Notes: generated by a model from the sequence alone, not told the origin. DNA of 29,781 nt from Gemmatimonadales bacterium (GCA_041615815.1 JBFJCP010000041.1:1-29781), one strand, 5' to 3'. Shown: positions 8,525 to 17,148, counted from the first letter of the stretch. Numbers and translations are program-made.

Positions 8525-11500
8525 ATGCGATTGGGTCACATCCGCAGCTCGCTCGTCCTCGTCGCCCTGACGGCGATCGCAACGACACCCGCCTGGGCCC
8601 AGGCCGGTGTTGCAGAGGACCAATCCGGTCTCCCGCTCGAGCCGACCCGTTGGGCCCGGTTCACTACCAGTGAGGGAACATGGATATCCCTCGACGTTAG
8701 CCCTGACGGCCAGACGATCGCCTTCGATCTGCTGGGCGACCTCTACACGATTCCCATTGCCGGCGGCACGGCTACCCGCCTCACCGAGGGCATGCCGCAC
8801 GACATGCAGCCCCGCTTCAGCCCAGATGGAAGGCGAATCGTCTTCGTCTCCGATCGGAGCGGTGACAACAACGTGTGGCTGTTGCACCTGGACGATGGCG
8901 AGATGCGGCCGGTCTCCAGCGGCATCAATGCGGGATTCTTTTCCGGGTATCTGTCTCCCGAGTGGACCCCGGACGGGCAGTACATCGTCGTGTCGCGATC
9001 GGTACCGCTGCAGGGGCTCGAGAAACTCTGGCTGTACAACGTGAATGGTGGGGTTGGACTCGAGATGGCTGGCGGGCCGGGTGGTCTCCGCTTGCTCGGT
9101 CCGGCGTTCGGCCCGAACCCGCGATACGTGTGGTACGCACAGCGGTTTGGCGGTTGGCAATACAATGCAGTTCTCCCTCAATACCAAATTGGCGTGTACG
9201 ACCGTGAGACGGGAACGCGGACGACCATGAGCTCGTTGTACGGCTCGGCCTTCCGTCCAGCCCTCTCACCCGACGGCCAATGGCTGGCCTACGGGTCGCG
9301 TCACGACGCAGCAACCGGCCTCCGGCTCCGGGACTTGTCCACCGGGGAGGAGCGGTGGCTCGCCTATCCCATCCAGCGGGACGAGCAGGAATCCGTGGCC
9401 AGCATGGACGTCTTGCCCGGTTACTCGTTCACCCCGGACTCACGCGACATCATCATTTCTTACGGCGGCGGTATCTGGCGGGTGCCGATAGACGGTTCGG
9501 CCGCCACGCAGATTCCGTTCACCGTCCAGGCCGAAATACCGGTGGGACCTGCGGTCGACTTCGAGTACCCCATCGACGACGACCCCACGTTCATCGTCAA
9601 GCAGATCCGGGATGCCGCGCCGTCGCCGGACGGGAGCCGCCTGGCGTTTACGGCCCTCGACCGGCTCTATGTCGTGGATCTTCCGAACGGCACGCCTCGA
9701 CGACTCACCCAGCAGAATACGGGCGAATACTACCCCACCTGGTCGCCAGATGGCGCCGCGATCGCCTATGTGACCTGGGACGACAGCGAGGGCCACATCA
9801 TGCGGGTACCGGCCGCCGGCGGACGCGCCACGCGGCTCACGCAGGTGTCCGCATACTATCAACAACCTGCGTGGTCGCCGGACGGGCAGCGCATCGTGGC
9901 TATGCGAGCGGCGGCGCGGGACCTGCGAGAGGCCATCGACCCGTTCGTGTTCAATGGGCTGGGGACCGAGTTTGTCTGGGTGCCCGCAACAGGTGGCCAG
10001 GTGACGGTCATCGGCTCCGCGCAAGGCCGCACTAAACCCCATTTCACGAGTGACCCCGACCGGATCTACTCGTACGGGTTCGTGAGCGGCGGTGGGCCCA
10101 CACTACCCGGGCAGCCGCCCCCGGTGGCCCTGGTATCGACTCGCTGGGACAACACGGATCTGAAGCGGCACCTTCGCGTCACGTGGCGGTTACCGACCAC
10201 GGCGGGTGCATGGGAAGTGTCGAAGACGTCCGACCTGCTGATGCCCAAGGACTTTAGCCGCGAGCCGGCAATCCCGCAGATCCCCGCTGATCTCGTGCTC
10301 ATGGCCCCGCGCGGTGACTTGGCGTTGGCTCAGGTGAACAACGACGTCTATGTCATCCCGGTCCCCATGGTGGGTGGCGAGGTGCCCACGGTCATGGTCA
10401 CCAAGCCGGACAGCGCGGCGTTGCCCGTCCGGAAGCTCACTGATATCGGAGGGGAGTTCGCTGCCTGGGGAGGGGACGGGCGCACGGTGCATTGGTCCAT
10501 CGGCAACGCGTTCGTCACGTATCGACTGGACCGGGCCGAGATAGTGGACGACAGCCTCCGGCGGGCCGGAGCGGATTCGCTGGCGGCGGCCCGCGCGGCG
10601 TACCGGGCCGAGGAGCGCAGGATTCAGTTGAGTGCGCCGCGGGACATGCCGCAGGGAACGGTGGTGCTTCGAGGCGCTCGTGTGATCACCATGCGCGGTT
10701 CCGAGGTCCTCGAAGACGCGGACGTGGTGGTTCAGAACAATCGGATTGCGAGCGTGGGAGCGAGAGGCTCCGCGCCAGCGGGCGCTCGGATCGTGGACGT
10801 GAGTGGTACCACCATCGTCCCGGGCTTTGTGGATACCCACGCGCACATGTGGAATCTCTGGGGTCTCCATTGGACGAGACCGTGGATCTACCAAGCGAAC
10901 CTCGCGTATGGGGTCACGACGACCCGTGATCCCCAGACGGCGACGACCGACGTGCTTTCCTATGCTGATCGCGTCGAAGCGGGTTCGATGATCGGGCCGC
11001 GGGTCTACTCCACCGGCCCTGGCGTGTTCTGGTTCGAGGGAATTCGCGACCTCGATCACGCCCGAGACGTGCTGCGCCGTTACAGCGACTACTACGATAC
11101 GAAGACGTTCAAGATGTACATGTCCGGGAACCGTCGGCAGCGGCAGTGGCTGATCATGGCGTCCCGTGAGCTGGAGCTGATGCCGACGACCGAAGGGGGT
11201 CTCGATTACCGGCTCGACATGACGCATGCCATGGATGGCTACCCAGGCATCGAACACACCCTGCCCATCATTCCGGCCTATGGCGACGTGGTCGAGTTGT
11301 TCAAGACGTCGCAGACCACCAACACGCCCACGCTGTTGGTCTCGTACGGCGGTCCTTGGGCCGAGAACTACTTCTACACCACGGAGAATGTGGTTGGTGA
11401 TGCCAAGCTCCGGCACTTCACCCCCAAGGAGGAGCTGGACTCGAAGATTCGTCGGCGCAACCCCGGCCCGGGACCCGGTGCGTGGTTCCTGGATGAGGAG

Positions 11501-11929
11501 TATGCCTTCCGACAACACTCGGCCTGGCTCAAGCGACTGATCGAGGCTGGCGGACGTGTGGGCGTGGGCAGTCACGGCCAGCTTCAGGGACTCGGTTATC
11601 ATTGGGAGCTGTGGGCCACGCAGAGCGGCGGCATGAGTACGCACGACGCGCTCCGCGCCGCAACGATTCTCGGCGCAGAAGCGATCGGCCTGGGCGGCGA
11701 CCTGGGCTCGATTCAGGAGGGCAAGCTCGCGGACCTGATTGTTCTGAATGCCAATCCTCTCGACGACATCCGCAACACCAACACAATTCGTTACGTGATG
11801 AAAAACGGCCGGTTGTACGATGGTGATACCCTGAACGAGATCTGGCCGCGCGAGCGGCCCGCGCCTGACGAGACGTGGCGCCACGTCGCGCCCGATGTCC
11901 AGGCGGGGATCCGGGGAGGTGCCCGATGA
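8525..11929 (+). CDS. Exported TolB/PD40 beta-propeller + amidohydrolase fusion protein (paralog 1)
   Basis: Signal peptide AWA|Q; many SPDG repeats; PGFVDTHAH; GVTTTRDP; GIEH; GSIQEGKLADLIVLNANPL. Confidence 0.9.
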   Translation: MRLGHIRSSLVLVALTAIATTPAWAQAGVAEDQSGLPLEPTRWARFTTSEGTWISLDVSPDGQTIAFDLLGDLYTIPIAGGTATRLTEGMPHDMQPRFSPDGRRIVFVSDRSGDNNVWLLHLDDGEMRPVSSGINAGFFSGYLSPEWTPDGQYIVVSRSVPLQGLEKLWLYNVNGGVGLEMAGGPGGLRLLGPAFGPNPRYVWYAQRFGGWQYNAVLPQYQIGVYDRETGTRTTMSSLYGSAFRPALSPDGQWLAYGSRHDAATGLRLRDLSTGEERWLAYPIQRDEQESVASMDVLPGYSFTPDSRDIIISYGGGIWRVPIDGSAATQIPFTVQAEIPVGPAVDFEYPIDDDPTFIVKQIRDAAPSPDGSRLAFTALDRLYVVDLPNGTPRRLTQQNTGEYYPTWSPDGAAIAYVTWDDSEGHIMRVPAAGGRATRLTQVSAYYQQPAWSPDGQRIVAMRAAARDLREAIDPFVFNGLGTEFVWVPATGGQVTVIGSAQGRTKPHFTSDPDRIYSYGFVSGGGPTLPGQPPPVALVSTRWDNTDLKRHLRVTWRLPTTAGAWEVSKTSDLLMPKDFSREPAIPQIPADLVLMAPRGDLALAQVNNDVYVIPVPMVGGEVPTVMVTKPDSAALPVRKLTDIGGEFAAWGGDGRTVHWSIGNAFVTYRLDRAEIVDDSLRRAGADSLAAARAAYRAEERRIQLSAPRDMPQGTVVLRGARVITMRGSEVLEDADVVVQNNRIASVGARGSAPAGARIVDVSGTTIVPGFVDTHAHMWNLWGLHWTRPWIYQANLAYGVTTTRDPQTATTDVLSYADRVEAGSMIGPRVYSTGPGVFWFEGIRDLDHARDVLRRYSDYYDTKTFKMYMSGNRRQRQWLIMASRELELMPTTEGGLDYRLDMTHAMDGYPGIEHTLPIIPAYGDVVELFKTSQTTNTPTLLVSYGGPWAENYFYTTENVVGDAKLRHFTPKEELDSKIRRRNPGPGPGAWFLDEEYAFRQHSAWLKRLIEAGGRVGVGSHGQLQGLGYHWELWATQSGGMSTHDALRAATILGAEAIGLGGDLGSIQEGKLADLIVLNANPLDDIRNTNTIRYVMKNGRLYDGDTLNEIWPRERPAPDETWRHVAPDVQAGIRGGAR

Positions 11930-14900
11930 CGCGCTCGATGACTTTGTTGGCTCAAGGCCTGCGCGGCGCGCTCCTCGCGGTCATCGCCGCGGGGGTCACG
12001 GTCACCACGCTCCCCGCGCAGGGGCCGCCGGGCGGTCGTGGCAAAGACGAAAAGCCCTTGCCGCTGCCGGGTGCCCGCAAGGCGTCGTTTACCGCGACGA
12101 ACGCGACGTGGATGTCCCTCGATGTGAGCCCCGATGGGCAGACGATCGTATTCGATCTCTTGGGTGACCTGTATACGGTTCCTATGACTGGAGGCAAAGC
12201 GACCCGTATCACCGAGGGCATGGCGTTCGATGCACAACCGCGATTCAGTCCGGATGGCGAAACCGTCGTGTTCGTCTCCGACCGGAGCGGTGGTGACAAC
12301 GTGTGGACCATGCGGCTCGACTTTACCGATACCACGCAGATCACCCAGGGCAACACCAGCCAGTACGTATCGCCCGAATGGATGCCGGACGGGAAACACA
12401 TTGTGGTGAGCCGGGCGAGCGGGCTGTTTGGAGCCGCCAAGCTCCAGATGTACCACGTGGACCGCCGCAGCCCGCTTCCCGTGATCCGAGGGCCCGCACC
12501 ATTCAAGACCATCGGGGCCGCTGTGAGCCCAGACGGTCGCTACCTCTGGTATGCGGCGCGCGGTGGAGACTGGCAGTACAATGCCATTTTCCCGCAATAC
12601 CAGCTCTATCGGTACGACCGGGAACACGGGACGTCCACCCGATTCACCGGTCGCTACGGTTCCGGTTTCCGGCCGGCAGTATCGCCGGACGGCAAGTGGC
12701 TGGCCTTCGGTACACGGGACGACACCCAGACGGGGCTCCGGCTCCGTGACCTGGACACGGGAGACGAGCAGTGGTTGGCGTATCCCGTCCAGCGAGACGA
12801 TATGGAGTCCCGCGCAACGCTGGACGTGCTTCCCGGATACAGCTTCACGCCCGATTCGCGGGCAGTCGTGGTGTCCTATGGAGGCGAAATTTGGCGTGTT
12901 CCGCTGGACGGCGGCGCCCCGACCAAGATTCCGTTCGAAGCAGACGTGGAATTGGAAGTGGGTCCTGAAGTGAAGTTCGCCTATGCGGTGGACACGACGG
13001 CTATGGTCACTGCGCGCCAGATACGGCATCCGGTCCAGTCACCCGACGGCCGCCACATCGCGTTCACCGCGTTCGACCGTGTGTGGGTCAAAAACCTCAC
13101 CAGTGGAGACGCGCGACGGCTCAGCAACGCCGACGTGGGCGAGTTTCATGCGGTGTGGTCTCCCGATGGCGCCTGGGTGGCGTATGTGACATGGACGGAC
13201 TCGGCCGGCGGCCACATCCTGAAGGCCCGCGGCGACGGTAGCGGGACTCCGCAACGACTCACGTCCCGAGCCGCCTTGTACTACAACCTCGCCTGGTCAC
13301 CGGACGGCCAGCGGATCGTTGCCAGCCGCGGCGCAGCCCGGGAGCTCAAACGGGCTCCAGACACCTTCTTCGGTCCGATTGGAGGCGAGTTCGTCTGGGT
13401 TCCCGCGACCGGCGGCAATGTGACCGTCATCGCCCCCACCGGCAGCCGGGACGTGGCGCACTTCCGGTCCGATGAGCCCAACAGGATATACGCCTACAGT
13501 CCGCGCGAGGGCCTCGTCTCATTCCGCTGGGACGGCACGGACGTCAAGGAACACCTGAGGGTCCGTGGCGCACTCCCACCAGGCATCGGGACCCCGCACC
13601 CCAGCGAGTGGGAGGTGTTTCCGCGTCGCGTGTTCCCGCTCCCCGCGGTGCAGACGCCGGAGGAAGTGGCGGAGGGAGGCCCCCAACCCCCACCGGCCGC
13701 GCTCGTCCTCATGTCGCCTGCCGGAGGCCGGGCCCTGGCGCAGGTCGGGAGCCACATCTACACGGTCGACGTCCCGGAGATTGGTGGTCCCACCCCTACC
13801 ATATCGGTCGCGAACCCCAATTTCGCACCGGTCCTGGTCCGTCAGTTGACGGAAATCGGTGGGGAGTTCCCATCGTGGAGTCCGGACGGGAATCGAGTCC
13901 ACTGGGCCATTGCGAACGCCCTGTACACGTACAACCTCTCCCGCATCGAGGCGATCGAAGATTCTACGGCGCGGGCTGCGCGGGAAACGGTCGGCCAAGC
14001 GCTGCGCGCGCGTCACCTGCTGGACAGCCTCAAGACGACACGCGGTGCCGTAGACAGCTTGACCAAGGCGAACGCCACCATTCCCGATACACTCCGCGCC
14101 AAGCTCAATCGCCTCATTGCGGACTCGGTGCAGCTTCGGGCCGACTCGCTGATTCGGGCGGCGGACGAGCTTCGGGCGAAGGCGGCGGCCATTCGGGCCC
14201 ATGCGGACTCGGTCCGCACCGGGCTCGACAGCGCCAGGGCGGACACCGTGGCGTATAAACCGCGCGAGGTGCGGATCGAGGTCCGGCTGCCGCGTGACGT
14301 GCCGCGCGGGAGTGTGGTGCTACGCGGGGGACGCGTGGTCACCATGCAGGGAGACTCGATCATCGAAAATGCGGACATCGTGGTCACGGACAACCGCATC
14401 GTGGCGGTGGGACCCACCGGAGAAGTGGAGGTGCCGGACGGAGCGCGCGTGATCGATGTGTCGGGTAAGACCATCACTCCGGGTTTCGTAGATACCCACT
14501 ATCACGCCCAGTGGCTCGTCCCAGAGATTCATACCGAGCAGGTCTGGCAGTATCTGACCAATCTCGCGTACGGGGTCACGACCACCCGAGATCCCCAAAC
14601 GGGTTGGACCGATATCCTGAGTTATCAGGATCGAGTGGAAATCGGCGGGATGCTGGGTCCGCGCATCTATTCCACAGGTCCAGGGGTGTTCATCACTGAG
14701 GGAATCAAGGACGCCGATCACGCAAAGACGGTCCTCAAACGGTACAGCGAGTATTACGACACCAAGACGCTCAAGATGTACATGTCGGGGAACCGCCAGC
14801 AGCGCCAGTGGATCATTCAGGCGGCAAAAGAGCTGGAGCTCATGCCAACCACGGAAGGTGGGCTCGACTTCAAGCTCGATTTGACGCATGCCATTGACGG

Positions 14901-15594
14901 TTATTCGGGCATCGAGCATGCGCTCCCCATTGCGCCCATCTATGACGATGTGGTGGAGCTCTTCAAAGCATCGCAGACCACCAACAGTCCCACCTTGCTC
15001 GTTTCCTATGGCGGGCCATTCGGCGAGAACTACTTCTACACGCGCGAAGAGGTCCACGACAATCCCAAGCTTCGCCGGTTCGCGCCGGAGGAGAGTATCG
15101 ATCGTCGAACCAGGCGGCGTGGGGCCGGTGCCGGTGGTAGTCCGGGCCGGGCCGGGTGGTTTCTCGAGGAGGAATACGTCTTCCCGAAGCACGCCGAGTT
15201 CGTGAAGAAGCTGCTGGAAGACAGTGCCCGCGCCGCGGTGGGGAGCCACGGTCAACTCCAGGGTCTGGGCTACCACTGGGAGTTGTGGGCCATGGGGTCG
15301 GGTGGGCTCTCGAATCACGATGCCCTCCGCGCCGCAACCATCTACGGTGCCGAAGCCATCGGATTGGCCAAGGATATTGGCACGATCGAGGCCGGCAAGC
15401 TGGCCGATATTCTGGTATTCGACGTCGATCCGCTTCAGGACCTCAGGAATACGGCGCGAATCCAGTACGTCATGAAGAACGGCCGCCTCTACGAGGGAGA
15501 GACACTGAACGAGATCTGGCCGCGGCAACGTCCGCTGCCAGTGCCATCATGGCGCAACCTCGCGCCGGAGGGAGTGCAGGCCGGAATACGTTGA
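11926..15594 (+). CDS. Exported TolB/PD40 beta-propeller + amidohydrolase fusion protein (paralog 2, with ~100-aa helical insert)
   Basis: GGAGG RBS and ATGA overlap with the paralog 1 stop; signal peptide LPA|Q; PGFVDTHYH; GVTTTRDP; GTIEAGKLADILV. Confidence 0.9.
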   Translation: MTRSMTLLAQGLRGALLAVIAAGVTVTTLPAQGPPGGRGKDEKPLPLPGARKASFTATNATWMSLDVSPDGQTIVFDLLGDLYTVPMTGGKATRITEGMAFDAQPRFSPDGETVVFVSDRSGGDNVWTMRLDFTDTTQITQGNTSQYVSPEWMPDGKHIVVSRASGLFGAAKLQMYHVDRRSPLPVIRGPAPFKTIGAAVSPDGRYLWYAARGGDWQYNAIFPQYQLYRYDREHGTSTRFTGRYGSGFRPAVSPDGKWLAFGTRDDTQTGLRLRDLDTGDEQWLAYPVQRDDMESRATLDVLPGYSFTPDSRAVVVSYGGEIWRVPLDGGAPTKIPFEADVELEVGPEVKFAYAVDTTAMVTARQIRHPVQSPDGRHIAFTAFDRVWVKNLTSGDARRLSNADVGEFHAVWSPDGAWVAYVTWTDSAGGHILKARGDGSGTPQRLTSRAALYYNLAWSPDGQRIVASRGAARELKRAPDTFFGPIGGEFVWVPATGGNVTVIAPTGSRDVAHFRSDEPNRIYAYSPREGLVSFRWDGTDVKEHLRVRGALPPGIGTPHPSEWEVFPRRVFPLPAVQTPEEVAEGGPQPPPAALVLMSPAGGRALAQVGSHIYTVDVPEIGGPTPTISVANPNFAPVLVRQLTEIGGEFPSWSPDGNRVHWAIANALYTYNLSRIEAIEDSTARAARETVGQALRARHLLDSLKTTRGAVDSLTKANATIPDTLRAKLNRLIADSVQLRADSLIRAADELRAKAAAIRAHADSVRTGLDSARADTVAYKPREVRIEVRLPRDVPRGSVVLRGGRVVTMQGDSIIENADIVVTDNRIVAVGPTGEVEVPDGARVIDVSGKTITPGFVDTHYHAQWLVPEIHTEQVWQYLTNLAYGVTTTRDPQTGWTDILSYQDRVEIGGMLGPRIYSTGPGVFITEGIKDADHAKTVLKRYSEYYDTKTLKMYMSGNRQQRQWIIQAAKELELMPTTEGGLDFKLDLTHAIDGYSGIEHALPIAPIYDDVVELFKASQTTNSPTLLVSYGGPFGENYFYTREEVHDNPKLRRFAPEESIDRRTRRRGAGAGGSPGRAGWFLEEEYVFPKHAEFVKKLLEDSARAAVGSHGQLQGLGYHWELWAMGSGGLSNHDALRAATIYGAEAIGLAKDIGTIEAGKLADILVFDVDPLQDLRNTARIQYVMKNGRLYEGETLNEIWPRQRPLPVPSWRNLAPEGVQAGIR

Positions 15595-15622
15595 CGTTCC
15601 AGCAGATGGATGTCCTTGGCCC

Positions 15623-15657
15623 ACCCCGGGGAGCGCGAGCGCTCCCCGGGGTTTCTT
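15623..15657 (+). terminator. Intrinsic terminator of the amidohydrolase operon
   Basis: 13-bp perfect stem accccggggagcg-cgag-cgctccccggggt followed by ttctt. Confidence 0.75.
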
Positions 15658-15692
15658 CCGTGGTCGTGCCCAATGGTCGAGGATGAGGAGGC

Positions 15693-15742
15693 TTGACGAA
15701 CTTAGTCTGCCAACGTACTATTATTAGTACGATGACAGACTA
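15693..15742 (+). promoter_or_regulatory. Sigma70-type promoter with overlapping inverted-repeat operator (MarR autoregulation)
   Basis: TTGACG (15693)-17 bp-TACTAT (15716). The 18-bp arms at 15703-15720 and 15725-15742 are 16/18 reverse-complementary. Confidence 0.75.
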
Positions 15743-16247
15743 TTATGACCCACACGAGACTCGAGCCAATACCGCGAATCTCGGGTTCCTACTCGCCAAG
15801 GCGTTACAGCGTTGGAACGAACTGTTGTACGCCGCGTTCGAAGCCCGGGGATACCCGGAGGTTCGTGCCGCGTACGGGTCGATCTTGCTTCCCCTGTTCG
15901 AGGAGGAGGGACTGACCATGGGCGAGTTGGCGCGTCGGGCGCGCCTGAGCAAGCAAACGCTGACGACGTTGATCCGAGATATGCGTAGCGCGGGGCTCGT
16001 TCGACGAATTCGGGACGCCGCCGACGCCCGGGCCTATCGGATCTACCTCTCGGGCCGGGCTCAGAAGTTCAAGCCCGTTGCCGAGGAGGTGCTGGCTGAA
16101 TTGGACGCTGCCGTTGAGGAGTTGCTGAGCCCTCAGGCCCGGGTCGATCTGGAACGGTCCCTGATCGCGCTGATCATCCTCGGGCAGGACGCTGAGCTCC
16201 CCACCCCCGGCGCACACCGTTCACGGGAGACCGACCATGCGAGCTGA
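15732..16247 (+). CDS. MarR family transcriptional regulator
   Basis: wHTH GLTMGELARRARLSKQTLTTLIRDMRSAGLVRR and wing DARAYRIYLS. The ORF-track TTG start at 15693 is the -35 box. Confidence 0.9.
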   Translation: MTDYYDPHETRANTANLGFLLAKALQRWNELLYAAFEARGYPEVRAAYGSILLPLFEEEGLTMGELARRARLSKQTLTTLIRDMRSAGLVRRIRDAADARAYRIYLSGRAQKFKPVAEEVLAELDAAVEELLSPQARVDLERSLIALIILGQDAELPTPGAHRSRETDHAS

Positions 16248-16626
16248 TACGCAGTCCATTACGCTCAACGAAGACTGGCGCAAGGTGTTTGCGTTCGTGG
16301 CCGATCCGTCGAATCTGTCGCGGTGGGCGTTCCACTTCTGTAAGGCGGTCGAACCGGAGGGCAATTCCTGGCGGGTCGACACGCCGGCGGGACCCGTGCG
16401 GTTGCGGTGTCTCGCCGATCAAAGCACGGGGACCATCGACTTTCATTTGTCGCCAGCACCCGGCGTCGAATTCGCGGCGGTCTCGCGTGTCGTTCCCAAC
16501 GGCGATGGGGCCGAATACGTCTTTACACAGTTTCAGGCGCCCGACATGCCGGACCACGCGTTCGAGAGCCAGGCTCGAGCGCTCGGCGAAGAGCTCCTCC
16601 GGCTCAAGGAGCTCGTGGAGCAATGA
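16237..16626 (+). CDS. SRPBCC/START (polyketide cyclase-like) family protein
   Basis: KVFAFVADPSNLSRWA, SRVVPNGDGAEYVFT and a C-terminal ELLRLKELVE helix; GGAG RBS; overlaps the marR end. Confidence 0.8.
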   Translation: MRADTQSITLNEDWRKVFAFVADPSNLSRWAFHFCKAVEPEGNSWRVDTPAGPVRLRCLADQSTGTIDFHLSPAPGVEFAAVSRVVPNGDGAEYVFTQFQAPDMPDHAFESQARALGEELLRLKELVEQ

Positions 16627-16630
16627 ACGA

Positions 16631-16664
16631 CGGGGCCCGCTTCCAGACTGGGGAGCGGGCCCCG
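16631..16664. terminator. Hairpin between convergent genes (probable bidirectional terminator)
   Basis: cggggcccgcttcc-agactg-gggagcgggccccg, a 14-bp stem with one G-U pair. Confidence 0.6.
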
Positions 16665-16671
16665 CTCTCTG

Positions 16672-16860
16672 CTAATGCTTTGATCCCCCTGGCTTGGGGC
16701 TCTGCTGCCCCGGCTTCGGAGCCGGCTGGCCGCTTTGGCCGACTGGCTTTTGACCAGGCTGCCCGGGTTTATGGGTGGTTTGGCCAGGCTTCTGGCCCGG
16801 CTGGCTTGGTTTCTGGCCCGGCTGGCTGGGTTTCTGGCCCGGCTTCTGTTCGGGACGCAT
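16672..16860 (-). CDS. Small basic low-complexity (Q/K)PGQ-repeat protein, 62 aa
   Basis: Ideal RBS GGAGGT-aaacg-ATG. Repeat units differ at synonymous positions. The stop lies next to the shared terminator. Confidence 0.75.
   Translation of the reverse strand: MRPEQKPGQKPSQPGQKPSQPGQKPGQTTHKPGQPGQKPVGQSGQPAPKPGQQSPKPGGSKH
16790..16843. repeat. ~2.5 copies of a 21-bp tandem repeat encoding PSQPGQK
   Basis: ttctggcccggctggcttggt / ttctggcccggctggctgggt / ttctggcccggc. Confidence 0.8.
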
Positions 16861-16890
16861 CGTTTACCTCCCTGGATGAGTGAGTTTCGG

Positions 16891-16932
16891 AAACAAAAAA
16901 ACCGCCCGCCGGCATCAGTGCCGGCAGACGGT
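16891..16932 (-). terminator. Intrinsic terminator directly upstream of the small repeat-protein RBS
   Basis: Minus strand accgtctgccggca-ctga-tgccggcgggcggt followed by a U-tract. Two G-U pairs form only on the minus strand; they are C/A mismatches on the plus strand. Confidence 0.75.
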
Positions 16933-17090
16933 CTTCGCTTTCTTTTTTTTGCGGTCAGCCTGATGCAAGCGACCGCATGAGCCCGACGTCATGTTCGGTG
17001 AGCGGCATTGTCTTCCGCTCGTCGCGCCCCACAGTGCACGCCCCCCCGTCGGCGCCGCTCCTCACCTCCCTGCACGCTCGCGTGCGGTCG
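16891..17090 (-). ncRNA. Candidate structured leader or sRNA (~200 nt)
   Basis: Promoter-like TTTACT-16-TAGTAT at ~17120-17093, a series of hairpins, an A-tract, then a terminator. I do not recognise a known RNA family. Confidence 0.45.
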
Positions 17091-17148
17091 AAATACTAAT
17101 GGCCCCCTTCTGGAAGTAAAGAGGGTCCGCGTGCCGCAGTCTACGCTA

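Noticed and set aside
10190..15528. Long antisense ORFs (564, 412 and 402 aa) opposite the amidohydrolases
   Set aside because: These are expected from GC-rich codon bias and show no motifs.
16790..16843. CRISPR-like repeats
   Set aside because: Contiguous 21-bp coding repeats without spacers, and no cas genes.
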